Origin: Eledone cirrhosa
Lineage: Eukaryota
Reading direction: 5' to 3'
DNA: 64,000 bases
Assembly: GCA_964016885.1 (NCBI GenBank)
Contig: OZ024746.1
Coordinates: forward strand, 32,488,001-32,552,000
Shown: in pieces, positions 1-14,603 of the stretch
Layout of the letters: every line of letters begins with the position of its first letter
Numbering within the stretch: the first letter of the stretch is position 1
Program-made: the position numbers and the translations under genes
Notes under the pieces: generated by a model
What the model was told of the DNA's origin: nothing
Databases searched by the model: none
The model's input: only the letters and a program-made list of their open reading frames with translations

Positions 1-144
1 TCACAGATAGAGCTGCTACTTCTCCGAATTGAAAGATCACAATGTCTCAGGAAAGAATCGCTGTACAGATTTTATGGCAAAACCAACTGGCAGGAGAGCC
101 AGGCATTGGCCAAGTGTAAGATCGTTGGATAACATTCATAAGCA

Positions 145-285
145 TTGCCTGTCTTGCTTGGGGATCTAGCCAGATCAATTGGAGATAGTTGTTTCTCACA
201 GGATCTGTTGGAAGGGGTGTTTGAGAACTTTGCCCCCATAACCGTACCAGGAATAAATGAGCAAAGAAGAAGACTATTAAAAACC
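145..285 (+). mobile_element. Degenerate LINE AP-endonuclease fragment (RTE-like)
   Basis: Reads LPVLLGDLARSIG...[21 protein letters not shown], resembling the LLGD.NA.VG...G.N.NG.RLL segment of RTE-type APE domains. Short and diverged. Confidence 0.4.
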
Positions 286-457
286 CAAGTTAATATCTGC
301 ATGAATAAGACGTAATTCTTCAACATGTGCCATCTTTTCCCGAAATAATAATTCCATCTCTTGCTTATATTTTTCAAGACATCATTCTTCACACTCTGCA
401 ATATCAAACTCCTGCTTCAGACGGCTTTTGATTTTCTCAAGATGAATACTTCTGCTT
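286..457 (-). pseudogene. ZC4H2: Isolated ZC4H2 (zinc finger C4H2) coding exon with in-frame TGA
   Basis: After a tttactttcag acceptor it reads (R)[56 protein letters not shown], matching recalled vertebrate ZC4H2 ([58 protein letters not shown]). 172 nt, phase 2 to phase 0. TGA at 382-384; the expected donor position reads GG rather than GT. Confidence 0.88.
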
Positions 458-1878
458 CTGAAAGTAAATACCAAATATATGTTTAAAACATTTTGCATAA
501 TGTGAAAAAATGAACTCAGTATTTAAAGTGATTCTACATGTTGTAAAATGGTTGGTGATAGGAAGGGCATCAAAGTTTGCCAAACAAAGGGTAAGAACTC
601 TTATGATGTGATGTGTGGCTGATTGTCGCACTTGGTGGCGAATTGATGGTTGTTTTTGTTTTTCCCTTTTATGTGTTTATATATGTGTTTATTAACATTA
701 TATTTGTAATGTTCTTCTGAACGAATTGCAAGCAATTTATAATGCTATTTACGCATTTGTAATGTTATTTATGTATATATTCAAAACATATTCGTAATGT
801 TATAAATACTTAATTATATAAATATTTCACATAACAATATAAAATCAAAACAAAAGAAAACACTATGTAACGTGTGTCAATTGGTCATACACAAGGGGTA
901 CCAGAGCCTCCTTCTAATCATTTTTGAGGCAAGCTAACACATTGGCAGCATTACTGAGGGTGATAGAGAGGCTAAGGTACAGAAACAACCAAGCACTTAC
1001 TTGGCTAATATGCCATACTGGTAAGAAGATGCATAATAGTTTTAATGAAGTCTAGTACGTTTACTGATACTTATTTTATCAACCTTAAATTTGAACCAAA
1101 CAGAATTTGAACTCAGAACTAATGAACAAAAGACAAGTTTAGAGCTCTACGGTTAAATGTTTTAGACTGATTCAAAGGTATTTTTACTATTGTTATTGTT
1201 TAGCTCAGGGTCAGTCCTGATGAAGCAGACCTATGGTCAAAGACGTATCCAGTCTTTCTGTATATTTGACTACAGTATCTTGAGTTACCTCCCTTTGAAC
1301 TTTGATATTATTTATTGATTATAATGTATATTTGAATGACATATTCAGTGCCTAATTGCATTGCAATGACTCACAAATAAGCAAAGCCACGCTCAGTGGT
1401 TATTATCAGGCTTCTCAACATTCACGCATTATGCGAAAATTTCCAGATTTTGCTTTCTCATCACGCAATTTTAGTTCTCCCACATTTACGATATTCTATG
1501 TTTCGCTCAACAATTTTTGATGCGGACGATATTCTAGTTTATTCTGAAGGTTGTAAAAAAGACTTACTGATGTTGGTTTAAAAGAGACCCCACCCCCAAC
1601 ACACACACTTTTACCTATTGTATTATCCACCCAAAGACCGAAGTCAACTAGATAATTTCCGACGCTTTTATAAAGGAATATCATCATTTATTATGCTAAA
1701 ATCCAACATAAATTCACAATGAATTTCTAGATTATCAACTACTGCCAGATAACAATGTTTAGGATGAAGCTTTAGTTTCTGAATGTACAGATGATGCAAA
1801 TACGAATAATTGTGATTCAAAGTATTATATAATTGATGTTTTATGGGATTATTTATGTGTGTGTGTGTATATATATAT

Positions 1879-2605
1879 AACGAAGGAAGTGTGGTAAGGA
1901 ACCAGATGGACCATAACGCATCAGAGTACTCAATACTTAGGGTAGTAGAGTGGGTAATAGGAAAATATTTAACCCCGATTATTGAATGGTTAGCTTTTTG
2001 TAGGTGGAGTTCAGGCTGCTCCTGATAAGTGTGTGGTATCTGTCAGGGTTGACGAAATAGAGGTTTGTCGTTGGTGCTTTCATACTCCGTTATTTTGCTA
2101 CGGAGTTGTTGTAGGAATCGGTTGTGTCTGGGATTGAATTTTATACCCTTGACCAGGTGCTAGAGGTCGTTCTCGAAGAGTGAGAGCATAGGGTTCGGTG
2201 GGGGGATTTGTAGGTATTGAATCCGAATCTCTCCTTGGTGTCGAAGTCCTGGTTGTCGCGGTATCTATCGTAGAAGAAAGTTCTCCATCTCAGTCTTTTC
2301 GCAAACAGGTCGATTTTTTTTGCGTGAGCATCCGAAGGTAAAGTTTTCTCGGTGGAACTGGGATATTCTTAGTGGAGAAGTCGATAGTGTTTTCGCATGG
2401 TGGGTGTAATGAAACTTGAGCTGGGTGGAAAAGTTGGGATATGGCGTGGTAGGGTCGGAAAGTGCTCTACTACGGAGGTAGGAGCTAGGTAACGAAGGAA
2501 GTGTGGTAAGGAACCAGATGGACCATAACGCACCAGAGTACTCAATACTTAGGGTAGTAGAGTGGGTAATAGGAAAATGTTTAACCCCATGGGGTTAAAC
2601 ATTTT
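1879..2605 (-). mobile_element. Penelope-like element 5' fragment flanked by ~100-bp direct repeats, in (TA)n
   Basis: Direct repeats at 1879-1977 and 2491-2588. The frameshifted minus strand reads DFSTKNIPVPPRKLYLRML..DLFAKRLRWRTFFY..KERFGFNTYKSP..FENDL..TNLYFVNPDRYHTLIRSSLNSTYKK, typical of a PLE ORF N-terminal region. Confidence 0.7.
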
Positions 2606-3236
2606 ATATATATATATATATCACCTTTTATATATATATATATATATATCACATTTTATATATATATATCACATATGTCTAAAATAGCTTATGCACCAAA
2701 CTGTCTCTCGTGTATAATTTGAAGGTTTAAAATCTGTAATAGAAGCAAGTACAATTATATATAAACTTTTTCAAGTTTGGCTTAAAAACTATATATATAT
2801 ATATTTTTCTTCTAAATTTGTCGATCCCTTTAGCAACCAGATCTTCACCAAATTAGGAAATTTATTCAAATTACAAAAAAAAAAAAAAAAAAAATTATAA
2901 TAACATTATAAATAAAAAGAAATAGAAATATAATAATACAGATATTGTAATTTATTCTAATTTTTCCATCATTTCTGCAAGATTTTTCCAGCATTTTCTC
3001 TCTAGTTGACAACTCTGATATATATGTTTTTTTCTGAAGAATTTGAAATGACCACTTAATCTAGTTTGTATTGAGTGGATATACAGAAATAATTGAGTAT
3101 ACAGAAATAATTGAGTCAATACAGAAATAATTTCTTCCTTACCCGGTGTTCTATTTCAATATTTAGTTTATATTTGTGTTTATCAACATTATATTTTGTA
3201 ATACTATTCTGAAAGAATTGCGAGCAATTTATAATG

Positions 3237-3308
<72 letters not shown>

Positions 3309-3613
3309 TGTTGACCATTGGGAATATAAACATTTAATACAGACGTTTATGGTAAACAAAGTGTTTATTACCTGAGTTCTTTGGGACTTTCCAATTTAGA
3401 TAAGATATCCATTTCATCAGCCATAGCAGCAACTATGTGATAGATCTGAAAAAAATCGATTGTTCTTCTATCTGAAAAAGAAACAACAATTTCCGATGAA
3501 TTTGTTGAGAAAGAATGTCTGAAGAATGTAGAGAGTGTTCGGTCCACGGGAGATAACTAAGAAAGTGAGAGTGGTTCAATTGAACTTAAGACAATTCTGT
3601 AACATTAATTTCT

Positions 3614-3797
3614 TGGATTGGCAGTATCGGTAGAGGGTCTGACGCTATGCTTTGCAGCAAAGAGTTACGCCCCTTTATGGTTTGAGTTCAAATCCCGCCG
3701 AGGTTAACTTGGCCTTTCATCCTTACGGGGTCGATAAAATAAAGTACCAGTAATGCACTGGATAATTGCTGGCCTTGTGCCAAAAGTAGAAACAATT
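3614..3797 (+). mobile_element. tRNA-derived SINE, family A
   Basis: A-box-like TGGCAGTATCGG, B-box GAGTTCAAATCC and conserved core gccgaggttaact..gcctttcatcc..cggggtcgataaaataaagtaccag. Many copies in the window. Confidence 0.85.
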
Positions 3798-4569
3798 AAT
3801 TTCTAGACTTATCCAATCATTTTAAAGGTTGCTAAATTATAGGATTACTCTATGAAAAATTCCATTCCTCAAGGTAAATATAATAATTAACTTCTTAAGA
3901 ACAACAAACTTGTTGAAAACAATTCAGAGCTACATTCAATGATTTATGTCATTTTCTTTGTACCACATCTTTCAAGGGTCAAATTCCAGTAAGATAAATT
4001 TTATCTTTTAATTCTCCAATCATATATGTTTATTGTTCTATTTTTATTAAAAAAAAATTAAATATTGAGGGGAGCGAACTATGGCTAATTAATCTCAACA
4101 TGGGAGATAACATTTACAGACCTGTTGCTCTTTTCTGCTCTTTATACGCTGCCTTTTTTGCTTTCTCAGCTTTTTATTACTTCTTCAATGCTCTTTTTGA
4201 CGGCTCAGTTGGCTCTTGCTTCTCACCCCTATGATATAAATGTAATAGATTGACATGTATTTAAGAAATATAACATTTTCATGACTGAGCATAGTTTAGG
4301 GTGGGAAGGCTGGAAAAGGCAAATATTACATATGGAATAAAAGAAGTTTCGCGTAAATTGGAGCACGGATTCCCGAGATCCGGGTACCTTCATAAATAGA
4401 TAGAGATAGAGATAGATAGATAGAGAGAGAGAGAGAAGGATAGACAGAAAGAGATAGTGGTTGTGAGAGAGTAGATTGAAAGAATGAAATTATAACCGGT
4501 GACTTCAAAGAAACGAACACAGCATTACTGTATCCTTCTAAATAGAAACGATTTTTAAGCGTGTGTGTA

Positions 4570-4611
<42 letters not shown>

Positions 4612-4816
4612 TGTGTGAGTGTGTGCGCGCGCGCGTATATATATATATGTGTGTGTGTGTCTCTGACCGGTGTATATACGTCACAGACACCCCCCCCCAC
4701 ACACATATATATATATATACACACACACATATATATATGTACCTTCCAATTTCATTTTACATTATATATACATGTTTGTGTATATTTTAATGATTTAAAA
4801 ATTATTTTTAAGTGAA

Positions 4817-4844
4817 CGTGACCCAACGGGTCACGGTGGTCTAG
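4817..4844 (+). mobile_element. Helitron-like 3' terminus
   Basis: Hairpin CGTGACCC-aac-GGGTCACG followed 5 nt later by CTAG then T, the canonical Helitron 3' signature. The 5' end could not be defined. Confidence 0.55.
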
Positions 4845-4853
4845 TATGATAAT

Positions 4854-5245
4854 AATTGTTTCTACTTTTGGCACAAGGCCAGCAATTACCCAGTGCATTA
4901 CTGGTACTTTATTTTATCGACCCTCCTAAGGATAAAAGGCAAAGTTAACCTCAACGGGATTTGAACTCAGTCCGTAAAGGGACGTAACTATGCTGTAGAG
5001 CATGGTGTCCGACCCCCTACCGATACTGCCAATTCACCGGTCTAGTATGATAATAATTGTTTCTACTTTTGACACAAGTCCAGCAATTACCCAGTGTATT
5101 ACTGGTACTTTATTTTATCGACCCCGTAACGATGAAAGGCAAAGTTAACCTCGGCGGGATTTGAACTCGGAATGGCAAGGGCCGTAACTCTATGCGTCAA
5201 AGCATGGCGTCCGACCCTCTACCGATACTGCCAATCCACCACCTT
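4854..5245 (-). mobile_element. Two tandem SINE family A copies
   Basis: Copies at 4854-5038 and 5055-5245, both the reverse complement of 3614-3797. Repeated ggtctagtatgataat at 4838 and 5039 looks like a target-site duplication (TSD). Confidence 0.85.
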
Positions 5246-5415
5246 GAATTCAGATAATAATATTTTAAAGTTATATCTGTATAAATACAGAATATGTAAC
5301 TGAAACTGCACGAACGTGTATAAATATATATACACATCTAATATGTAGGCATGTAAACATACCTATTTCCCTGAAATTGAAAAGAATGATAAACACTGTT
5401 AATCGATATTTTTTT

Positions 5416-8182
<2,767 letters not shown>

Positions 8183-8276
8183 CACATACGTATATATACA
8201 TACATGTATGCAAGCATACATACACATGTATGCCTGCATGCATGCATCCATCCAGCATACATACATACATACATAC

Positions 8277-8890
8277 ATGGTGGTGGCTGCCAACTCGTTT
8301 TCGAATACGGCCACTACTTTATATCCATGTTGGAGAACCCCTACTGATGCACTGAACAAGTGTGACTTTTTAGTCCAGCTAGCGACTTGAAAACTCTGGT
8401 ACAAACACTACACTTGTGACAATTATTGACACATAGTGCTGGGCCCATGGTACCATGTGATGACAAGTGCAGAGAGATCTCCAGATACAAAGCAATGCCT
8501 GTGCCGTGAAGCTTTTATAGTGAGCAAAGGCACTGCACAAAGCCAGTCCCACTCTCTTAACCAAGATGATATTTACCAAAAAGAAGAACAAGTCAACATC
8601 ATTGGATACCATCAGGGTTGCAGGTGTTATATCAGAGTTTTCCTTCTCCTAGAATTCTGCCTTGACAAAGGCTAAGGGGTCATCTCTCCCGGTGATTTTG
8701 GATGGTTATTAACTCTTAAGAGCTCCTTTGCCCTTTGACAGGTTTTGTTTTTAGTTCTGCAGGATGTCCCAAATCACCCTCCTCACCAAAAAACCTTGGT
8801 GGGGTTGCCAGTTTAGTCGCCAACGACCCGACCATGGGACAGGTTGTACTGGGATACATGTTACCAGTAGCACCAACTGGTGACCTGCCA
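8277..8890 (-). mobile_element. ~600-bp non-coding retroelement (RTE-derived SINE-like) in (CATA)n
   Basis: Highly similar copy at 41228-41822, also flanked by (CATA)n on both sides. Older partial relatives at 6335-6745 and 7675-8085. Contains ctaggagaaggaaaactctg, resembling RTE 5' UTRs. Orientation is inferred. Confidence 0.7.
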
Positions 8891-8957
8891 TACATACATA
8901 CATACATACATACATACATACATACATACATACATACGTACATACATACATACATAC

Positions 8958-9200
8958 ATCATTATTGGTGCTACGGGTTATATACCAACCCGCTTGGACT
9001 AAAGTATGACTGAACTTGGATTTGCGGACAAAAAGCGCAGCTCCCTAATTCATAGTCTGCAGATGGCTGCGATAGCTGGCACCTTGAAAATTTGCAAAAC
9101 ATTCTTGCGATTCAAGGGATGACAATTTCTTTTCTTTACAACCTTGCCACCAGGAAGGTGGCCGGTCAAAAAAATATACTCGAAAGAGAAAACATACACA
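8958..9200 (+). mobile_element. 3' end of an RLE-type (R4/Dong/NeSL-like) non-LTR retrotransposon
   Basis: IIIGATGYIPTRLD*SMTELGF...LQMAAIAGTLKICKTFLRFKG* (8958-9122) resembles the C-terminus of restriction-like-endonuclease LINEs. A short 3' UTR ends in catac repeats. Confidence 0.65.
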
Positions 9201-9316
9201 CACATCCATATATATACATTCCTCAAATTCAAAGCTCCGCCCTCTCGTCTCACTGTCTTGCGAGTGCTAGCAATATAGTTAAGTTATAAGACTAAGTAAG
9301 GGAAACAACTCTGGGA

Positions 9317-9516
9317 NNNNNNNNNNNNNNNNNNNNNNNNNNNNNNNNNNNNNNNNNNNNNNNNNNNNNNNNNNNNNNNNNNNNNNNNNNNNNNNNNNNN
9401 NNNNNNNNNNNNNNNNNNNNNNNNNNNNNNNNNNNNNNNNNNNNNNNNNNNNNNNNNNNNNNNNNNNNNNNNNNNNNNNNNNNNNNNNNNNNNNNNNNNN
9501 NNNNNNNNNNNNNNNN
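9317..9516. other. Assembly gap (200 N)
   Basis: Run of exactly 200 N; a round length suggests a scaffold join of unknown true size. Confidence 0.98.
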
Positions 9517-9665
9517 AGTGAAGAAAATACTATGGGCGTGGCTAGAATATCTTAAAAAGAACCGTTGGATACATTTTACGGGCAAAGCCAACCCGCGGGA
9601 GACCCAATAGCAAGATGGTTAGATAACATCTATAAGCTAGGTTGGTCTCGCATGAGATTTAGGTA
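9517..9665 (+). mobile_element. Degenerate RTE-like LINE C-terminal fragment
   Basis: Frameshifted ..GK..RGRPIARWLDNIYKLGWSRM, resembling the GKRPRGRP..RW.D motif at the end of RTE ORFs. Confidence 0.45.
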
Positions 9666-9832
9666 GTTGCTTCTGATAGAACCTTCTGGAAGGTGTGTCT
9701 AAGGACTCTCTGGAAGGTGTGTCTGAGGACTCTCCCAGGAATAAGTGGTCGAAGAAGAAATTTTGTCACCCTTTCGTATTCTTTGGAAAATACACACACA
9801 AGATTGAAGGAGATAAAAATGTTTATTAGGGT

Positions 9833-12800
9833 GGGTGAAATGAGCAGGCAAGTAGCTTGAGGTGGTGTGTCTGGGTGAGGTGGGTAGCCTTGTAGCTTGA
9901 GGTGGTGTGTCTGGGTGAGGTGGGTAGCCTTGTAGCTTGAGGTGGTGTGTCTGGGTGAGGTGAGTAGCCTTGTAGCTTGAGGTGGTGTGTCTGGGTGAGG
10001 TGGTAAGCCTGTAGCTTGAGTGGTGTGTCTGAGTGAGGTGGGTAGGCCTGTAGCTTGAGGTGTGTGTCTGGGTGAGGTGGGTAGCCTTGTAGCTTGAGGT
10101 GTGTGTCTGGGTGAGGTGAGTAGCCTTGTAGCTTGAGGTGGTGTGTCTGGGTGAGGTGGGTAAGCCTGTAGCTTGAGGTGGTGTGTCTGGGTGAGGTGGG
10201 TAAGCCTGTAGCTTGAGGTGTGTGTCTGGTGAGGGGGTAGCCTTGTAGCTTGAGGTGGTGTGTCTGGGTGAGGTGGGTAGGCCTGTAGCTTGAGGTGATG
10301 TGTCTGGGTGAGGTGGGTAGGCCTGTAGCTTGAGGTGGTGTGTCTGGGGTGAGGTGGGTAGGCCTGTAGCTTGAGGTGGTGTGTCTGGGTGAGGTGGGTA
10401 GGCCTGTAGCTTGAGGTGGTGTGTCTGGGTGAGGGGGTAGCCTTGTAGCTTGAGGTGGTGTGTCTGGGTGAGGTGGGTAGGCCTGTAGCTTGAGGTGGTG
10501 TGTCTGGGTGAAGTGGGTAGGCCTGTAGCTTGAGGTGGTGTGTCTGGGTGAGGTGGGTAAGCTGTAGCTTGAGGTGGTGTGTCTGGGTGAAATGAGCAGG
10601 CAAGTAGCTTGAGGTGGTGTGTCTGGGTGAGGTGGCAGCCTTGTAGCTTGAGGTGGTGTGTCTGGGTGAGGTGGGTAGGCCTGTAGCTTGAGGTGGTGTG
10701 TCTGGGTGAGGTGAGTAAGCCTGTAGCTTGAGGTGGTGTGTCTGGGTGAAATGAGCAGGCAAGTAGCTTGAGGTGGTGTGTCTGGGTGAGGTGGTAACCT
10801 TGTAGCTCTTGAGGTGGTGTGTCTGGGTGAGGTGGGTAAGCCTGTAGCTTGAGGTGGTGTGTCTGGGTGAGGTGGGTAGGCCTGTAGCTTGAGGTGGTGT
10901 GTCTGGGAGACGTGGGTAGCCTTGTAGCTTGAGGTGTATGTCTGGGTGAGGTGGGTAAGCCTGTAGCTTGAAATGGTGTGTCTGGGTGAGGTGGGTAGCC
11001 CTGTAGCTTGAGGTGGTGTGTCTGGGCCAGGTGGGTAAGCCTGTAGCTTGAGTTGGTGTGTCTGGGTGAGGTGGGTAAGCCTGTAGCTTGAGTGGTGTGT
11101 CTGGTGAGGTGGGTAGGCCTGTAGCTTGAGGTGGTGTGTCTGGGTGAGGTGGGTAAGCTGTAGCTTGAGGTGGTGTGTCTGGGTGAGGTGGGTAGGCCTG
11201 TAGCTTGAGGTGATGTGTCTGGGTGAGGTGGGTAAGCCTGTAGCTTGAGGTGGTGTGTCTGGGTGAGGTGGGTAGGCCTGTAGCTTGAGGTGGTGTGTCT
11301 GGGTGAGGTGGGTAGGCCTGTAGCTTGAGGTGGTGTGTCTGGGTGAGGGGGGTAGCCTTGTAGCTTGAGGTGGTGTGTCTGGTGAGGTGGGTAGGCCTGT
11401 AGCTTGAGGTGGTGTGTCTGGGTGAAGGTGGGTAGGCCTGTAGCTTAAGGTGGTGTGTCTGGGTGAGGTGGGTAAGCCTGTAGCTTGAGGTGGTGTGTCT
11501 GGGTGAAATGAGCAGGCAAGTAGCTTGAGGTGGTGTGTCTGGGTGAGGTGGTAGCCTTGTAGCTTGAGGTGGTGTGTCTGGGTGAGGTGGGTAGGGCCTG
11601 TAGCTTGAGGTGGTGTGTCTGTGTGAGGTGGGTAAGCCTGTAGCTTGAGGTGGTGTGTCTGGGTGAAATGAGCAGGCAAGTAGCTTGAGGTGGTGTGTCT
11701 GGGTGAGGTGGTAGCCTTGTAGCTTGAGGTGGTGTGTCCTGGGTGAGGTGGGTAGGCCTGTAGCTTGAGGTGGTGTGTCTGGGTGAGGTGGGTAAGCCTG
11801 TAGCTTGAGGTGGTGTGTCTGGGTGAAATGAGCAGGCAAGTAGCTTGAGGTGGTGTGTCTGGGTGAGGTGGGTAGCCTTGTAGCTCTTGAGGTGGTGTGT
11901 CTGGGTGAGGTGGTAAGCCTGTAGCTGAGGTGGTGTGTCTGGGTGAGGTGGGTAGGCCTGTAGCTTGAGGTGGTGTGTCTGGGTGAGGTGGGTCGCCTTG
12001 TAGCTTGAGGTGGTGTGTCTGGGTGAGGTGGGTAGCCTTGTAGCTTGAGGTGGTGTGTCTGGGTGAGGTGGTAGGCCTGTAGCTTGAGGTGGTGTGTCTG
12101 GGTGAGGTGGGTAAGCCTGTAGCTTGAGGTGGTGTGTCTGGGTGAGGTGGGTAAGCCTGTAGTTTGAGGTGGTGTGTCTGGGTGAGGTGGGTAGCCCTGT
12201 AGCTTGAGGTGGTGTGTCTGGGTGAGGTGGGTAAGCCTGTAGCTTGAGGTGGTGTGTCTGGGTGAGGTGGGTAAGCTGTAGCTTGAGGTGGTGTGTCTGG
12301 GTCAGGTGGGTAAGCTGTAGCTTGAGGTGGTGTGTCTGGGTGAGGTGGGTAAGCCTGTAGCTTGAGGTGGTGTGTCTGGGGAGGGTGGGTAGGCCTGTAG
12401 CTTGAGGTGATGTGTCTGGGTGAGGTGGGTAGGCCTGTAGCTTGAGGTGGTGTGTCTGGGTGCGGTGGGTACGCCTGTAGCTTGAGGTGGTGTGTCTGGG
12501 TGAGGTGGGTAGCCTGTAGCTTGAGGTGGTGTGTCTGGGTGAGGGGGGTAGCCTTGTAGCTTGAGGTGGTGTGTCTGGGTGAGGTGGGTAGGCCTGTAGC
12601 TTGAGGTGGTGTGTCCTGGGTGAAGTGGGTAGGCCTGTAGCTTGAGGTGGTGTGTCTGGGTGAGGTGGGTAAGCCTGTAGCTTGAGGTGGTGTGTCTGGG
12701 TGAAATTAGCAGGCAAGTAGCTTGAGGTGGTGTGTCTGGGTGAGGTGGTAGCCTTGTAGCTTGAGGTGGTGTGTCTGGGTGAGGTGGGTAGGCCTGTAGC

Positions 12801-13324
12801 TTGAGGTGGTGTGTCTGGGTGAGGTGGGTAAGCCTGTAGCTTGAGGTGGTGTGTCTGGGTGAAATGAGCAGGCAAGTAGCTTGAGGTGGTGTGTCTGGGT
12901 GAGGTGGTAGCCTTGTAGCTCTTGAGGTGGTGTGTCTGAGTGAGGTGGGTAGGCCTGTAGCTTGAGGTGGTGTGTCTGGGTGAGGTGGGTAGCCTTGTAG
13001 CTTGAGGTGGTGTGTCTGGGTGAGGTGGGTAAGCCTGTAGCTTGAGGTGGTGTGTCTGGGGAAGGTGGGTAGGCCTGTAGCTTGAGGTGGTGTGTCTGGG
13101 TGAAGTGGGTAAGCCTGTAGCTTGAGGTGGTGTGTCTGGGTGAGGTGGGTAAGCCTGTAGCTTGAGGTGGTGTGTCTGGGTGAGGTGGGTAGCCTTGTAG
13201 CTTGAGGTGGTGTGTCTGGGTGAAGTGGGTAGGCCTGTAGCTTGAGGTGGTGTGTCTGGGTGAAGTGGGTAAACCTGTAGCTTGAGGTGGTGTGTCTGGG
13301 TGAGGTGGGTAGGCCTGTAGCTTG
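9833..13324. repeat. G-rich 40-bp minisatellite, roughly 85-90 units
   Basis: Consensus gcctgtagcttgaggtggtgtgtctgggtgaggtgggtag, with recurring variants such as aaatgagcaggcaa and tagctcttgagg. Confidence 0.97.
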
Positions 13325-13405
13325 CCGAGCTTAACTTTGCCTTTCATCCTTACTGGGTTGATAAAATAAAGTAATTGCTGGCCTTGTGCCAAAAGTAGAA
13401 GCAAT
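13325..13405 (+). mobile_element. SINE family A 3' half abutting the satellite
   Basis: ccgagcttaactttgcctttcatcc...ggccttgtgccaaaagtagaa. Confidence 0.8.
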
Positions 13406-13467
13406 TTTTATGTGTGTACAGATGGGGTTCACTTCGTGAGTGTGCTTGTTGCTGACTTTATTTTTTA

Positions 13468-13566
<99 letters not shown>

Positions 13567-13737
13567 GGGGTGGTGTATATTTTGTTCGTGATGGCGTGTG
13601 TCTATCTGAATGTATTATCAGTGTGCCTGCGTGTGTATATGTGTGTGTGTGTGTGTGTGGTTCGGTCTATGTGTTATTTGTGGTGTATTGTCAATGGGAA
13701 TATGAGTATGATTGTGTGTGTTTTTGTATGAGTGTGT

Positions 13738-13795
<58 letters not shown>

Positions 13796-14316
13796 CAAGT
13801 AAGAAGATAAGAAGAGATATCCAGGGCCTGTATTCCGCAGTATCAGTAGTTGGATTTTAGAAGAAGTCTAGTTGGGAAATGGCTGTATCTCGGTGATCAG
13901 AAAAAAAGTTGTGTCGTTTGTACTTGTCAGAATTAATCGAGAAAAAGATGTAATAGTTGGTGTAAGAGAAGGAGTGGGTGGTGTTGTGGAAGTGTGTATC
14001 ACTAAAGAGGAACGGTAGGGTTGGTCAAAACTATAGGTTTGGATGACAGAATACGAAAAAAACTGAGGAATTGCTGGTCACTTTGATGTGAATGTGTGTA
14101 TTGAATATATATATATATATGTTTTATGTGTCTGTTGTCTGTGTGCGTATTCGTGTTGGGGTTGTGTGTGTGCGAGTGTGTGTATTCGTATAATTTAACA
14201 CACACATACACATAAACACACTCACACACAGACACACACACACATACACTCATATATATATATATAATATACATATATGTCCTTCTGTCCTTCCCTCATT
14301 CACACGCGTGTGTGTG

Positions 14317-14472
<156 letters not shown>

Positions 14473-14518
14473 TAAATACAAATAAAATATATATTTATAC
14501 GTATGCAGAGAGAGAGGG

Positions 14519-14603
<85 letters not shown>

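Noticed and set aside
382-384. TGA as selenocysteine
   Set aside because: It aligns with Arg rather than Cys in homologues, and a CpG transition explains it.
72-407. 111-aa ORF
   Set aside because: Wrong-frame overlap of the ZC4H2 exon and antisense to a LINE remnant.
9833-13324. CRISPR-like look (constant 27-nt block plus variable 12-13 nt)
   Set aside because: The variable parts are a few recurring variants rather than unique spacers, there are no cas genes, and the context is eukaryotic.
9659-13404. Long Pro/His/Thr-rich ORFs (726, 617, 476, 232 aa)
   Set aside because: Produced by a stop-free strand of the 40-bp satellite in all frames; the unit length is not a multiple of three.
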